Below are positions 1 to 12,935 of a DNA stretch of 64,000 nucleotides, in pieces. The translations under genes were made by a program, and so were the position numbers. The notes under the pieces were generated by a model. That model was not told the DNA's origin. It saw nothing but the letters and a program-made list of their open reading frames with translations, and did no database searches. The stretch's first letter is position 1, and every line of letters begins with the position of its first letter. This DNA is from Octopus vulgaris (taxonomy: Eukaryota): positions 110,980,001 to 111,044,000 of the forward strand of contig OX597819.1 in NCBI GenBank assembly GCA_951406725.2, in the 5' to 3' direction.

Positions 1-62
1 GATTTATAAATTAGCTATGCAGCTGATCTATGGCAGTGTTTGGGGAACTAAGCCGTGCACGA

Positions 63-108
63 CTTCTCTGAGATGTGGTCAACTAACCGTGAAATGGTCC
101 GTTAGAAG
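63..108 (+). ncRNA. Decayed type-I hammerhead ribozyme motif (PLE-type)
   Basis: CTTCT-CTGA(-)GA-T-GTGGT/ACCGT-GAAA-TGG T CCG-TT-AGAAG. Stem I CTTCT/AGAAG is perfect; stems II and III restore to GCGGT/ACCGC and ACGG/CCGT if CpG decay is reversed; one core nucleotide is missing. Followed by a tail ending in (TA)n at about 190. Confidence 0.55.
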
Positions 109-186
109 AAAGACCTTTATCTTTTTTCCACACATCACTAATACAGAAAGAATGTGTTCATGTTCTTATTTAACCCACAGTAAATC

Positions 187-189
<3 letters not shown>

Positions 190-280
<91 letters not shown>

Positions 281-315
281 TATGTATATATATATATATA
301 TATACATACATATGC

Positions 316-349
<34 letters not shown>

Positions 350-523
350 GTACATACGTACATACATATATATACACACACATATATACCTATATGTACA
401 TACATATACATATATATATATGTGTGTGTGATGTATGTGTGCATATGTATAAACATGTATGTATACAAGTAAATGGGAATGTATACATTTGTGTGTGTAT
501 GTATGTATGCATTACATATATAT
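190..523. repeat. Compound (TA)n/(TG)n/(TATG)n microsatellite
   Basis: Direct reading. Confidence 0.95.
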
Positions 524-607
524 GGAAATTAATGGCGCACCAGCAATTATTACCGCAATAAAAGCGTTATTCAAACGAAATAATGACATGATGATAAAGC
601 AGCTCAG

Positions 608-617
608 ATGATAATGG

Positions 618-706
<89 letters not shown>

Positions 707-743
707 GTGTTGATGATGATGATGATGATGATCATCATCATCA
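608..743. repeat. (GAT)n microsatellite
   Basis: About 40 GAT units; source of the poly-His and poly-Met pseudo-ORFs. Confidence 0.95.
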
Positions 744-1029
744 TTTCGAACAATTACAACAAGAGCTACAACAGAAGAAAATATGACTAAACGGGAATAG
801 AAAAAAATAACAAAAAAAAAAACAAATAGCAAAAACCAAAAGGTCCTCCCCTCCTTCTTTTCCTCTCCTCTCAAAAGCAAACAAATTCAAGACACACACA
901 CATACACACACACACGCGCGCGCGCGCGCGCGCACACACACACACAAAATATACAAATAACAAAGATTCGAACAGAAACACTTTAGTATTTCATTAAAGA
1001 GGCACTTCCGCCCACCATTAGTTCTACAT

Positions 1030-1184
1030 GATCATCGTCGTCATTAGCATCGCCATTATTATCGTCATCAGTGTGGTAGTTCGTCATCGTCTTTCTCGCA
1101 GTCATCATCGCTGTCGTTGTAATCATCGTCATCATCTTCATCATCATCGTCCTCCTTGTCGCTAGTGTCGTCGTCGCCATCATT

Positions 1185-1217
<33 letters not shown>

Positions 1218-1510
1218 GTCGTCGTATCATCACCACCACCACCATCATCATCGTCATCATCATTATTATCATCGTCATCATCACCACCACCACCACCATC
1301 ATCATCACCACCACCATCCTCCTCCTCCTCCTCCTCCTCCTCCTCCTCCTCCTCCTTCTCCTCCTCATCATCATCATCACCACCACCTCTTAACTTGGTC
1401 GTCGTCGTCATCATATCACGGTCACCATAATCAGCATTTCTACAATCACCATCACCCTCACCGTAACCGTCACCGTCTTCATCCTCATCATCAGTCACAT
1501 CAATCATCAA
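1030..1510. repeat. Cryptic trinucleotide low-complexity region (CAT/CGT/CAC/CCT)
   Basis: Mixed triplet runs. Confidence 0.85.
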
Positions 1511-1780
1511 TCCCCGTTGCACCACACAGCCCTTCCCTTTTCTTTTCGTCCGTACCTTTCTCTCTCTCTCTCTCTCTCTCTCTCCATCTTCCTTTCTGCC
1601 TTTCTATTCTCTGCTCTGTGTCCACCCACCACCCTTAACTGCACATATACCCGACACTAAATATAGCTTAGGCAGAGCCATAAAGAAATATAGACGCATA
1701 AATATCCATATACATGTCGGACGCACATAAAGGAACGAACACATACCTTATACACTTACACACGTATGAGCCCACATACA

Positions 1781-1844
1781 CATACATACACTCACACCTA
1801 TACTTGTGACCATGCATATAGCCCTCAGAACACCTATTTCTTTA

Positions 1845-1881
<37 letters not shown>

Positions 1882-1941
1882 TACACTCACACCTATACTT
1901 GTGACCATGCATATAGCCCTCAGAACACCTATTTCTTTACT

Positions 1942-1970
<29 letters not shown>
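1781..1970. repeat. Local tandem duplication of an approximately 96-bp unit
   Basis: CATACACTCACACCTATACTTGTGACCATGCATATAGCCCTCAGAACACCTATTTCTTTACT(AC)n occurs twice. Confidence 0.9.
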
Positions 1971-1972
<2 letters not shown>

Positions 1973-1977
1973 AACAC

Positions 1978-2011
<34 letters not shown>

Positions 2012-2142
2012 GTGCGCATGCCTTACCTCCACACCTACAGCAGTTCATCATCCATTAACTCTGTGATCAAAAAAAAGAAACAAACAAAAACAAAATAAAA
2101 TAATCCACCGCTCTTTTTTCCACAAAGCCATGTAATAGAAAT

Positions 2143-4060
2143 ACCACCACCACCACCACCACCACCACCGTCGCGGCTGCCACCGTCGCAGCCGTTGCCA
2201 CCACCACCAGCACCACCAGCACCACCAGCACCACTACCACCACCATCGCCGCTGCCGCCACCGTCGCTGCCGTTACCACCACCACCACCACCTCAACTAC
2301 CACCACCACCACCACCACCATAACCACCTCCACTACTACCACCACCACCGTCGCTGCCGTTACCAGCACCAGCACTACCAGCACCACCACCACTACCACC
2401 ACCATCGCCGCCACCGCCACCGTCGCTGCCGTTACCACCACCACCACCACCTCCACCACCTCCACCACTACCACCACCACCGACGTCGCCGCCATCACCG
2501 TCTCTAACCTTACTCCCCACACCACCACCACCATTTCCACCACCTATCAGCATCCACCACCACCACCATAACCACCTCCACTACCAGAAGCACCACCACC
2601 AACAACACCATCACGACATCCTATCACCGCCACAAACACCCCTACCACCTCTACCACCACTACCACTTCAACCGCCACCACCACTACAACCATCACTATC
2701 ACCATCACCACCACCACCACTGACACTAGCATCACCTTTACCACCTCCACCATCACAACTACAACACACGCCACTACCAAAAGCTATCTCCTAAAATCCC
2801 CAACAACATTAACAGCACCACCACCACCACCACCACCACCACCACTACCACCACCACCACCACTAAACAACACCACCATCGCCGCTACCAGCACTACCAC
2901 TATCACCATCTCAATCTCTACCACCGCCATCACCATCATCACCAGCACTATCACAACCACATCACCCACCACTATCGCCACCATCACCACCACCTCACCC
3001 CCTTAACTACACCAAAGAAACCCCGGTAACCTAACAGCCACCCCGCTTTCCAAGGCACCCACAACAAGCACTAAAGACCAACACTACAGCAGAGACTAAC
3101 ACCACAACTTACAACATATGACCCCATCAAACACCCTCCTAAATTGTCATCACCTACATGATGACATGCCACACGCAATATTGTCTGATCTCAGCCCCGA
3201 CTGATCCCATTCGCCCCTTCTCTAAAGAAGCCGCCCCCACTTAACACCGGATTAAGTCTCCCTCAAACCACACCCGTAATGTCTTTTAAAAAAATGACCA
3301 AACGACGTTTGTCAATTATTCCTTCATGTTGAAAAGAGTGATGGCCACGGTTGGAATGTTATTGATTGTAGGGTGTTATATGAGGGTTGCTCTGGTTCTA
3401 ACAACAACAACACTACCATCACCATCGACAACGCCATTGCTAACACCAAAGCTACCACTGACGTCACCATCAAAAAAGACCAGCAGCAGCATTACCACCA
3501 CCACCACCACCACCACCACCACCACTACCATCACTACTAACACAACCTCCAACAGTACCACTACCATCACCAACACCATCTTCACAACTGCTACTACTGC
3601 TACTCTCATCACCAAAACCGCCGCTGCCGGCACCGCCGTTGGCGCTGCTGTCGCCGCCTCCACCGCCACTACCACCACCACCACCACCACTGCTGCCATG
3701 TTCACCCCCCCCCCCATCGCCACCACCACAACCAATCACTGCCGCCGTCATTACTATTACCGAAACCACAACCACCACCATCACCAATAGCTTTGTTGCC
3801 GTCACAACCACTATCACCACCACCACAACCACTACCACTACCACAACCACCATCTTCATTACTTCTGCAACCACAACCACCACCGTCACTGCAACCATCA
3901 CCAAAACCACCACTACCACACCATCACCATCACCACATCACCACAACCACCACCACTACCACCAAAAGCAGCCACAAGCAGCACCACCATCACCACAGCA
4001 CCACCATCACCACAGCACCACCATCACCACAGCACCACCACAACCACCACCACTATCACC
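2143..4060. repeat. (CCA)n-based low-complexity region (2143-2995 and 3400-4060)
   Basis: Degenerate CCA/CTA/CCG triplets; generates the poly-Thr, -Val and -Gly ORFs. Confidence 0.85.
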
Positions 4061-4807
4061 GAGCCCCCAAGTGTCATGCTAAATATATCTGAGCCGGTGA
4101 TGAATGATCCCAAACCCTCAGCTTCGCTGGCTGCTGCCGTTCCGGAGACAGACCAATGATCCCTTGTAATAGCTTCAGACTCCCGTTAGACTCTCTGACA
4201 CTCTATCAACGTTCTACTCCTTAATCTATAACAGACCTATCATTAATTGATAATAAAACAGGGGTCTAGCGGTGGGAGGCTGGTGATAGTGGTGGTAGTG
4301 ATGGTGGTTTTTGGTGGTGGTGGAGTGGTTGTGGTATCTGGTATGCAGAATAAAGAATTTTTGCAGCATTCGAGTAGTTGTTCGGTCATGCCTTTTTGCT
4401 GTGATTGGCAATGGGGTTGATAGTGTGTGTTTGTGTGCAGGAAGAGAGGGCGATAAAGAGAGATAGATAGTTATATGAATGTATGCATATATGTGTGTAT
4501 AATGTATATATATATATTTGCCAATCACACACACACACACACATACACACACACACACACACACATATGTATATATATATGTATGTATTTAAGTATGTAT
4601 GTATGTATGTATGTATGTATGTATGTATAAATACACACACAATATCCATACATACGTATATACATACATATATATACGCACACACACTCACGCACACACT
4701 TACATACCTACATATATATGTGTATGTGTGTGTATATATATATATATACATACATACACGCATATATATATATATACATACCTACATATATATATGTGTG
4801 TGTGTTT

Positions 4808-4853
<46 letters not shown>

Positions 4854-4882
4854 ATGTGTTGGTATATATATATATATATATA

Positions 4883-5067
4883 GGGAGAGTTTACGAAAAC
4901 TACAAAAGACGAAGACAGGTGGTGTACAAAACAAACAGATGTATTAGTATAACGCTCAGGAATAGAAAAAGTCTTTTACGTTTCGAGCCTTCGCTCTTCA
5001 ACAGAAAGGGACACATAAAAAACAAGGAGAGAAAAAATGTGTGTAGTGTCTAACGATCTATCATGGC

Positions 5068-5070
<3 letters not shown>
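4883..5070 (-). mobile_element. Short PLE-derived element (family H1) with HHR at 4972-5009
   Basis: Minus strand CTTT-CTGTTGA-A-GAGC GAAG GCTC-GAAACGT-A-AAAG. Flanked by (TA)n on both sides. Homologous to 19458-19637, 6035-6240 and 6646-6838. Confidence 0.7.
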
Positions 5071-5140
<70 letters not shown>

Positions 5141-5158
5141 TGTATGTATGTATGTATA

Positions 5159-5345
5159 CGAGGTGGGGCTGAAAAGATCGTGGCTTTAAGAGTATCGCGA
5201 CAGGCCTCACTGAAGGCCCAACTTCTTAAGTTCTTTTATGGGGATTAGAAAACTGGAGGTCCGCTGCAATAAATGCGTGAATCTGAGAGGAGAATAGGTT
5301 GGATAAAATCCTAACTTTTCCTATTGTATTTTCAGCACTCCTTAG
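5159..5345 (+). mobile_element. Mariner-derived MITE (internally deleted)
   Basis: TIR-like ends CGAGGTGGGGCTGAAAA / TTTTCAGCACTCCTTAG. Internal 5241-5306 reads GIRKLEVRCNKCVNLRGE*VG*, matching a mariner transposase C-terminus (GI.KL..RW.KC....G.Y). Confidence 0.7.
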
Positions 5346-5384
5346 TGTGAGTGTGTGTGTGTGTGTGTATGCGTATGTATATAT

Positions 5385-5439
<55 letters not shown>

Positions 5440-5447
<8 letters not shown>

Positions 5448-5936
5448 TCTAGTTGTGTGAGTGTCTGTCCCCTTCGATTTAGATTCCTAACTCCTCCCAC
5501 ATTTTGCGGTGCAGTTTAACCAAATTCGGGTATCTTATAGTCGTGATTCATATCGAGCCCGTCTGACTATTAGCGCACGTCAACGATGAGTCTACGATTT
5601 TAAAAATAATTTAACATCATTTTTTTATTCCATTTTAATGCATAAAATGCATCGTATGTCGATGGCGGCGGAGTTGGCGTCCACGCTCACAGCTGCACCT
5701 GTTTGCTTCTCCCCCTTCCCTCCCTCGTGAAGCTGTGGGGAAGGGAGTGTAAAGAAATCAACGTCGTAATGCGTTGTGAAGGAAACCAGCGTTCTTTTAG
5801 AACAACGACTTCATGGCTTGAAGACACCAAAACAAAAATGGCTAAGAAAGCCCGAATTTATAAGGGAAGTAACTCTAAAAATGCTTATATAGTTATTTCC
5901 CTTACAAACCCGAGCAACGCCGGGCGATACTGCTAG
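5440..5936 (+). mobile_element. Non-autonomous Helitron
   Basis: 3' GC hairpin CCCG(A)GC-AAC-GCCGGG (5909-5924), then 8 nt, then CTAG|T. 5' end TATATATAAAA...TGTGTGAGTGTCTGTCC. No TSD. Confidence 0.8.
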
Positions 5937-5966
5937 TATATATATATAATATATATAGATAGATAA

Positions 5967-6034
<68 letters not shown>

Positions 6035-6240
6035 TTCAAATTACAGAAAACAAGACATGAAGCCAGGTGAAGGAACAACCAGGTGTACTAGATTAACGCT
6101 CGAGAAAAATGGGAATGTCTTTTAAGTTTCGAGCCTATGCACTTGGCCAGAAAGTATTCAGAGGGGAAAAAGATGGAGAAAGAAAAAATGCGTAGAGATT
6201 AACCGTTCAACATAGTGAAATGACCAGAAAAGAGCGGCGT
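6035..6240 (-). mobile_element. Degenerate H1 PLE-derived element
   Basis: Homology to 4883-5070; decayed HHR at 6117-6155 (GCTC-GAAAC-TTA-AAAGAC). Confidence 0.55.
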
Positions 6241-6244
6241 ACAC

Positions 6245-6332
<88 letters not shown>

Positions 6333-6334
6333 AT

Positions 6335-6379
<45 letters not shown>

Positions 6380-6383
<4 letters not shown>

Positions 6384-6576
6384 GGAGTAAACACATAAAT
6401 GTGAAACAAGGTGGAAAAAGAGTACTCAAATACCAGTGGTAGAGTAATATGCTTTATTTTAAGCAGCAGAAAATTCAACAAAATCTGTTACTCTGAGTTT
6501 CTCGTTGCCGTTTGTCTGATGAACGGCAACGAGAAACTTAGAGTAACAGATTTTGTTGAATTTTCTGCTGCTTAAA

Positions 6577-6581
<5 letters not shown>
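6380..6581. mobile_element. PLE-derived fold-back element (family H2) with plus-strand HHR at 6513-6548
   Basis: Inverted arms 6453-6512 and 6522-6581; TGT-CTGATGA-ACG GCAA CGA-GAAACT TAG AGT-A-ACA; flanked by (TA)n. Confidence 0.75.
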
Positions 6582-6645
<64 letters not shown>

Positions 6646-6649
<4 letters not shown>

Positions 6650-6838
6650 ATCCAAACATGAAAACACAACAACGCAAGGACGTGGAACAAATATTGTATT
6701 ATCAGACGCTCAGGAAGGAAGGGAAAAAGGAGGGTATTACGTTTCGAGCGGAGCTCTTCGTCAGAAACATAGGAAAAGGAAAGATCCAGAGAAGGGAAGA
6801 CGGAGGAAAAAAAATCGCCTACGGTACACACGCGGTCA
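6646..6838 (-). mobile_element. H1-related element with canonical HHR at 6734-6768
   Basis: Minus strand GTTT-CTGACGA-A-GAGC TCC GCTC-GAAACGT-A-ATAC; 3' end runs into (TA)n. Confidence 0.7.
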
Positions 6839-6889
6839 TATAAGGCGGATGTCCCGGATTCTGTGCGTATATATATTTCCTCACTAGAA

Positions 6890-7029
6890 GGCTGACCGGT
6901 TCAACGTAGGATTACCCATTTTGGGACTTGAGTGGACTGGAATGTTTTGCTCATGAACACAACAGGAATTGATACCACAATCTTACGATCATGATTGCAA
7001 CACCCTAGCCACTAAGCCACGTGCCTCCA
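6890..7029 (-). mobile_element. tRNA-derived SINE 5' fragment
   Basis: Minus strand GAGGCACGTGGCTTAGTGG (A box) ... GGTATCAATTCC (B box). Confidence 0.6.
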
Positions 7030-7030
7030 T

Positions 7031-7087
<57 letters not shown>

Positions 7088-7177
7088 ACACACACATCGA
7101 AATGTTTATGCATAAACATAAAAGTATATATACATATGTATGTATATGTATACATATGTATATACATATAAGCATAT

Positions 7178-7225
<48 letters not shown>

Positions 7226-7228
<3 letters not shown>

Positions 7229-7469
7229 GGAGTAAACACATAAATGTGAAACAAGGTGGAAAAAAGAGTACTCAAATACCAGTGGTAGAGTAATATGCTT
7301 TATTTTAAGCAGCAGAAAATTCAACAAAATCTGTTACTCTGAGTTTCTCGTTGCCGTTCATCAGACAGTTTTTGCTAAAATGGCAAAAACATTCTAGCAA
7401 AACTGTCTGATGAACGGCAACGAGAAACTAGTAACAGATTTTGTTGAATTTTCTGCTGCTTAAAATAAA

Positions 7470-7470
<1 letters not shown>
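7226..7470. mobile_element. H2 fold-back element with two divergent HHRs (7331-7368 minus, 7403-7438 plus)
   Basis: CTGT-CTGATGA-ACG GCAA CGA-GAAAC(TCAGA or TA)GT-A-ACAG on both strands; near-identical to 6380-6581; (TA)n flanks. Confidence 0.8.
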
Positions 7471-7538
<68 letters not shown>

Positions 7539-7603
7539 TATATTTATGTACGTGCATATATATACGTATATATATATATATTTATATACGTGCATATATA
7601 TAC

Positions 7604-7653
<50 letters not shown>

Positions 7654-7762
7654 TCTTATGTTCATATGCATGTATGTGTATATATTATATATTTTCCATG
7701 TCTCCACAATAGCATATATTACTGATATACGAATGTTAGTACATGATATCTCAAGATAGAAC

Positions 7763-8560
7763 TATTTGCTTGGCAAGAAAGTAATTTCTTTTTACGCAAA
7801 TAGATAGAGCTACGATTTTTTTGAATGACTTTTGTCAGTTATAATTTTTAATTTTTCCTTTTGACATTTGATAGCCGTTGCTTTTAGGTTACTCTAGAAG
7901 CAAATTGCACGTAATTTTCTTTACAACAGCTAGCTCAGTGTCAATTTTAACATGGAGTGCAAAAACGAACATTTTTACCATAGTTTACTTTTTTCTTTCT
8001 GTAAAAGCAAGAAAGCTGCTGAGGCTCACAAAGAGATAAATGAAGTTTATGGAGTTGATTGTTTAACAGAATGCACAATTCAGAAGTGATTTTAAAAATT
8101 CAGTTCTGGAGATTTTTCACTCAAAGATGACCAACGTTCTGGTCAACCTACTGACTTTGGTGATGACCGAATCAAAGCCATAATTGAATCTGATTGTCAT
8201 GTAACTTCAAGAGATCGCAGAGAGGTTAAATGTATCACATACAACAATTGAAAATCACTTAAACTCTCTTGTACTCGTTAAGAAGCTCGATATGTAGGTT
8301 CTACATAAATTGAAAGAGATTCACTTAATACAACGAATCAATATATGCGATATACATCTCAAACGCAATGAATTTGACCTGCTTTTTTAAACGACTCAAC
8401 ACTGGTGATGAAAAATGTATTGTCTACAATAGTATCAATCGAAAATGATCATGGTCCAGTCGTAACGAACAAGCACAAATCACATCGAAAGCTGAATTGC
8501 ATAAAAAAAATGTCATGCTGTCAATTTGGTGGGATTACAAAGGTGTTGTGTACTTTTAGC
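7763..8560 (+). pseudogene. Mariner (Tc1/mariner DD34D) transposase pseudogene, 5' two-thirds, with left TIR
   Basis: From ATG 7952: MECKNEHF...AAEAHKEINEVYG...FSSGDFSLKDDQRSGQP...(fs)EIAERLNVSHTTI..HL...KKLDM*VLHKL...TGDEKCIVYN...VMLSIWWDYKGVVYF, with stops and frameshifts. TIR-like TATTTGCTTGGCAAGAAAGTAATT at 7763. Confidence 0.92.
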
Positions 8561-8584
8561 TGTTGTGTATTTTGCAGTTGGGAC

Positions 8585-8815
8585 GCTCTTTCTGAAACCA
8601 GCTAGTAAGGCCATCGAGTTTCTCCTCTCTCTGTCTTCCAAGGCTTCTTTTTTCCCAGGTATCGACAATTATTAAAGCCTTTTCTTTCTCATATAGCGTG
8701 CAATGAAATGAGTCTGTTGTCTCCTGTTATCGAGAATCTACAGATAACCTTTGCACATCTAAGAAACTCACCATGTGTCACATTATCTGGACAGGACACA
8801 TTCAGAACTCTTTTC
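8585..8815 (-). mobile_element. RTE-type LINE ORF C-terminal remnant
   Basis: Minus-strand translation RVLNVSCPDNVTHGEFLRCA...YMRKK...SLGRQREEKLDGLTSW resembles the RTE consensus RILRI.W.D.VTN.EVL...GRQR...D.L..W. Confidence 0.5.
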
Positions 8816-9145
8816 AGGACCCATATCCCTGCAGTATTGATAACGTTTTGCGTTTAATGTTCCAGATAATGCGGCTATATGCAACGACAAGTTTTATATA
8901 TACCCCTACGACTGTTTTCCGCAATGCTTTTATAGCCGTTTGATGATAAATATTTGATAAATCATACGTAGTCAGATTTATTTCATGCACGCATGAAAAG
9001 CATAAAGCATAGTGCAACAATTTATTAGATATATATAATTAATAGGTCTCTATTTTTACGCTAATGACTGTGCTTAACATATGAAACTCTGAGATAGCGA
9101 AGTCTGGATTGCCGCATAGATATCTATTTCAATATATCTATATGT

Positions 9146-9483
9146 GGAGGCGTAATGGCTCAGTAGTTAGGACAGCGGACTCGCGGGAGTTGCGAGTGTT
9201 TATTGAGTGAAAACACCTAAAGCTCCACATGGGGTTGGTGGCGAAACCTGCTGTACTCTTTCACCACAACTTTCTCTCACTCTTTCTTCCTGTTTCTGTT
9301 GTACCTGCATTTCAAAGGACCAGCTTTGTCATACTCTGTGTCATGTTGAATCTCCTCAAGAACTACGTTAAGGGTACACGTGTCTGTGGAGTGCTCTGTC
9401 ACTTGCACGTTAATTTGACGAGCAGGCTGTTCTGTTGATCAGATCAACTGGAACCCTCGTCGTCGTAACCGACGGAGTACCAT
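9146..9483 (+). mobile_element. tRNA-derived SINE (head C, tail D)
   Basis: GGAGGCGTAATGGCTCAGTAGTTAGG head; tail ...GGAACCCTCGTCGTCGTAACCGACGGAG. Confidence 0.8.
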
Positions 9484-9499
9484 GATATCTATATACTTA

Positions 9500-9762
9500 T
9501 TCAAATCCCGGTGACGCGTTGTGTCCTCAGCAAAACTTTATTTCACGTTGCTCCAGTCAACTCAGCCAGCAGAAATGAGGTATACCTATATTTCAAGTGG
9601 CCAATCTTGTCCTCTTCTGTGTCACGCTGAACCTCCCTGACTACTGCAGTAAGGGTACACGTGTTTGTGGAGTGCTCAGCCACTTGCACGTTAATTTCAC
9701 GAACAAGCTGTTCTGACGATCGGATGCACTAGAACCCACGTCGTCGTGACCGGCGAAAATCC
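9500..9762 (+). mobile_element. SINE (body D, tail D), 5'-truncated
   Basis: TTCAAATCCCGGTGACGCGTTGTGTCCT...CACGTTGCTCCAGTC; same tail as 9146-9483 and 33050-33330. Confidence 0.75.
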
Positions 9763-10475
9763 ACATACCTACCAAATCTACCTTTCTTGTTATTACCAGC
9801 GAAACCAATGAGCATTACAAATTGAATAACATAAACACTACCCCTTATAATTGTAGCATAAGGTGAGCAATTATGAGTTGAGGAGTGCTGCACTAATACT
9901 TCGGGCCCAGTGCTCCACGAAACAAAATGTTAACTTAGGCGACATTTGGATTCACAACTTAAAGAGCCGGAAGAAATAACGCAAAGCATTTTATCCAACA
10001 CGGTAGTGATTTCGCCAGTCAGCTCCCTGACTTCACATTCTACAACATTCTACAACATTCTACACGTCCTTCACATTCTACAACATTCTACAACATTTTA
10101 CAATATAGTACTAAATACTCTACGCACAGACGGTGAAAATAATGTCTATATGCAACACCTTTACGACTTTCATAACACACGAAGATATAGCAAGAAAAGA
10201 TAATGAACATTTAATCATACTTTGGGCACACACAAGTGTTCGATTTACTCACTATAACGACAGAAGCACACTAGAAGGCAACCAAGACATATGATCCATT
10301 ATGACATATATTCAGATTTGCCTTGACCCATCCCCTTAACATCAGCTCAGAAATCCACCGGAAACTAGAAAGAACGTGAAACACGACATGAAACTACATT
10401 CACGCCATCATTATTTTCATCCTTGTTCTCTCCACCACCATTTAGTGCCACTACCACAACCAGCCCGTCATTACC

Positions 10476-10625
10476 AATTCAATTCAGTTCAATTAAATTT
10501 TTATTGGCTCAAAAAGCAAAAGCAAGGCCATGTAGGGGGACAGGGAGTTATGTACAGAGAGGGTGTTCATGCAAAGAGTTCAGGCCATTTCTGGTCAAGA
10601 GAGACTTTGAACCGAGCGGTCAATA
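10476..10625 (-). mobile_element. CR1/L2-type LINE 3' end
   Basis: TARFKVSLDQKWPELFA* plus 3'UTR and (AATTG/AACTG)n tail; homologous to 13338-13562. Confidence 0.8.
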
Positions 10626-11476
10626 CTGCCAGCACCGCCACCACCATCGCCACCGCCACTACCATCACCACCGCCGCCACAACGACCACAACCACCACCA
10701 CCACCACCACCGCCGCCGCCGCCGCCGCTACCACCAGCATCACCACCACAACTAATAGTAACAATAATGAAAATAGGAACCAACGTGAGAGCCACTACAT
10801 AGTTGCTTGATATACTAAAAATAGTAGCCGAATCTTCTTTCAATCACACTCTACTTTCTTTAAACGGATGCGTTGGATAACGTTAGCCTGGATTCATTGC
10901 ACATAAGAAGGGCACGAGCTGGTCATGGGTGGAATGCCTTTGATCATATGACGGCAGTGCCTTTGGGCTAAACAACAACAACAACAACAGAACCGCAAAC
11001 ACACCCTTTCTAGCCGCCAACGGTGTTTAACGAAAACAAAATGGCGACCATCATTAAACTTCGCCAGCGGTTGCACTAATGAGAATTGTTGGCTCTTGTA
11101 CAAAGAAACTGCACGTTGTTGTTATTGTTGTTCTTGCTTCTGCAGTTGTTATTGCTATAGATGTTGCTGTTCGCGTCTTCGTCGTCGTTGTTGTTGTTGT
11201 TGTTGTTGCTTCTGCAGTTGTTACAGATGTTGTGCTCCTTGTCGTTATCGTTGTTGCTGCGTTTAGTGTAATTCAAGATTTTGTTGCGGTTGTTATATCG
11301 CCATGCTTTCGTTCCTCCGGTTCTTACAATAACTGTTGGTAATAGTAATAATCGTTGTTGTTATTGTTGTTGTTGTTGTTGTTGCTGATGTTAATATTTC
11401 GTTTCTTTGTTCTGGTTCTGCTTTTATATCATTATATTTGATTATTTTCTTTACACACGCATACACACACATGCAA

Positions 11477-11534
<58 letters not shown>

Positions 11535-11766
11535 GTGTGTGTGTGTGTATGTGTGTATGTGTGTATGTGTGTGTGTGAGTGTGCGTGTGTGTGTGTATGG
11601 CGTTGCTCTCGGCTCGCATTTTTTCTCCTCTACGGAGTGCCCGCTATCTGTATTCCGTTTTGTGCAAGTCCAGTGCACTTTCAAATCTAAACCATTTAGT
11701 CTTAAATTCCTTTTGATCAAGTATGTGTGGTGGAATACATTATAGTCACCATTTAACATGAACCGC

Positions 11767-11806
<40 letters not shown>

Positions 11807-12020
11807 TCATCAACAACAACAAAAGCAATAACAACAGCAACAGCAACAAATAATGCTAATAACAGTAATAAATGAGGCGGTGACTCGACAGAACTAGTAG
11901 AGTAGCCGCTGAAATAGATCGCTTGTTTAGCCCCAGGTCATCCTAATAAAGCGTATCTTATAATCAAAGACGTTCTAACGGTATCAAGTCTCTTTTTCTT
12001 TCTTTCATAAATATATACAT

Positions 12021-12156
<136 letters not shown>

Positions 12157-12331
12157 GCACATACATACATATATATATACTTGTATGTGTATGTTTTATA
12201 CACACGGGTATTGGGTATTTAAATTTAATTCCAGTTAAGCTAGCTTTCCCAAAAAATCATCTAAAATTTTGTTTACCAGTTTCTCAGCCAGAACATGTAT
12301 TTTTCACTTAACTGAAAACGACTTGGATAAT

Positions 12332-12372
12332 CAGCACTGAAGAGACCAAATAAAGTTGAAACGCGGTTACTG
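12332..12372 (+). ncRNA. Degenerate type-I HHR
   Basis: CAGCA-CTGAAGA-GAC(8 nt)GTT-GAAAC GCG GT-TACTG. Confidence 0.45.
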
Positions 12373-12498
12373 GGGCTCCACCAGCATTATTGGTGACGCT
12401 TTATGTTTTTAGCGCTCATGTCTTTTCGAGAAATGTCACTCATGCAGAATTACAGATATTTGCGTTCGTTTATAAACGCATTAGTGATATTTAAAACA

Positions 12499-12627
12499 CC
12501 GGGTTCAGTCCTACTGCGTCGCACCTTGGGCAAGTGTTTCTACTGTAGCCTCGCGCCTACCAAAGCCTTGTGAATGGATTTGATAGACGGATATATAGAA
12601 GCCCATCGTATGTATATATATATATGG

Positions 12628-12695
<68 letters not shown>

Positions 12696-12935
12696 ATATA
12701 TATATACGTATATATATATATATGTTTGTGTGTCTGTGTCTGTCCCCCCACTATCCTTTGACAACCGATGCCGGTGTGTTTATGTCCCTGTCATTTAGCT
12801 GTTCGGCAAGAGGGACCGATAGAATAAATACTAGGCTTACAAAGAATAAGTCCTGGGGTCGATTTGTTCGACTAAAGGCAGTGCTCCAGTATGGTCACAG
12901 TCAAATTACTGAAACAAATAAAAGAATAAAAGAAT
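12499..12935 (+). mobile_element. SINE family B (CORE-like ACCTTGGGCAAGT, internal microsatellite)
   Basis: GGGTTCAGTCC B box, CACCTTGGGCAAGTG, tail GGCAGTGCTCCAG...GAAACAAATAAAAGAATAAAAGA. Confidence 0.85.

Noticed and set aside
983-4092. Long Asp/Gly/Thr/Val-rich ORFs resembling mucins or structural proteins
   Set aside because: Open in several frames on both strands because of CCA/CAT triplet repeats; no splice or codon evidence
4090-4260. Unique GC-richer patch as a possible minus-strand exon
   Set aside because: Stops in all frames after the candidate acceptor; no recognisable protein
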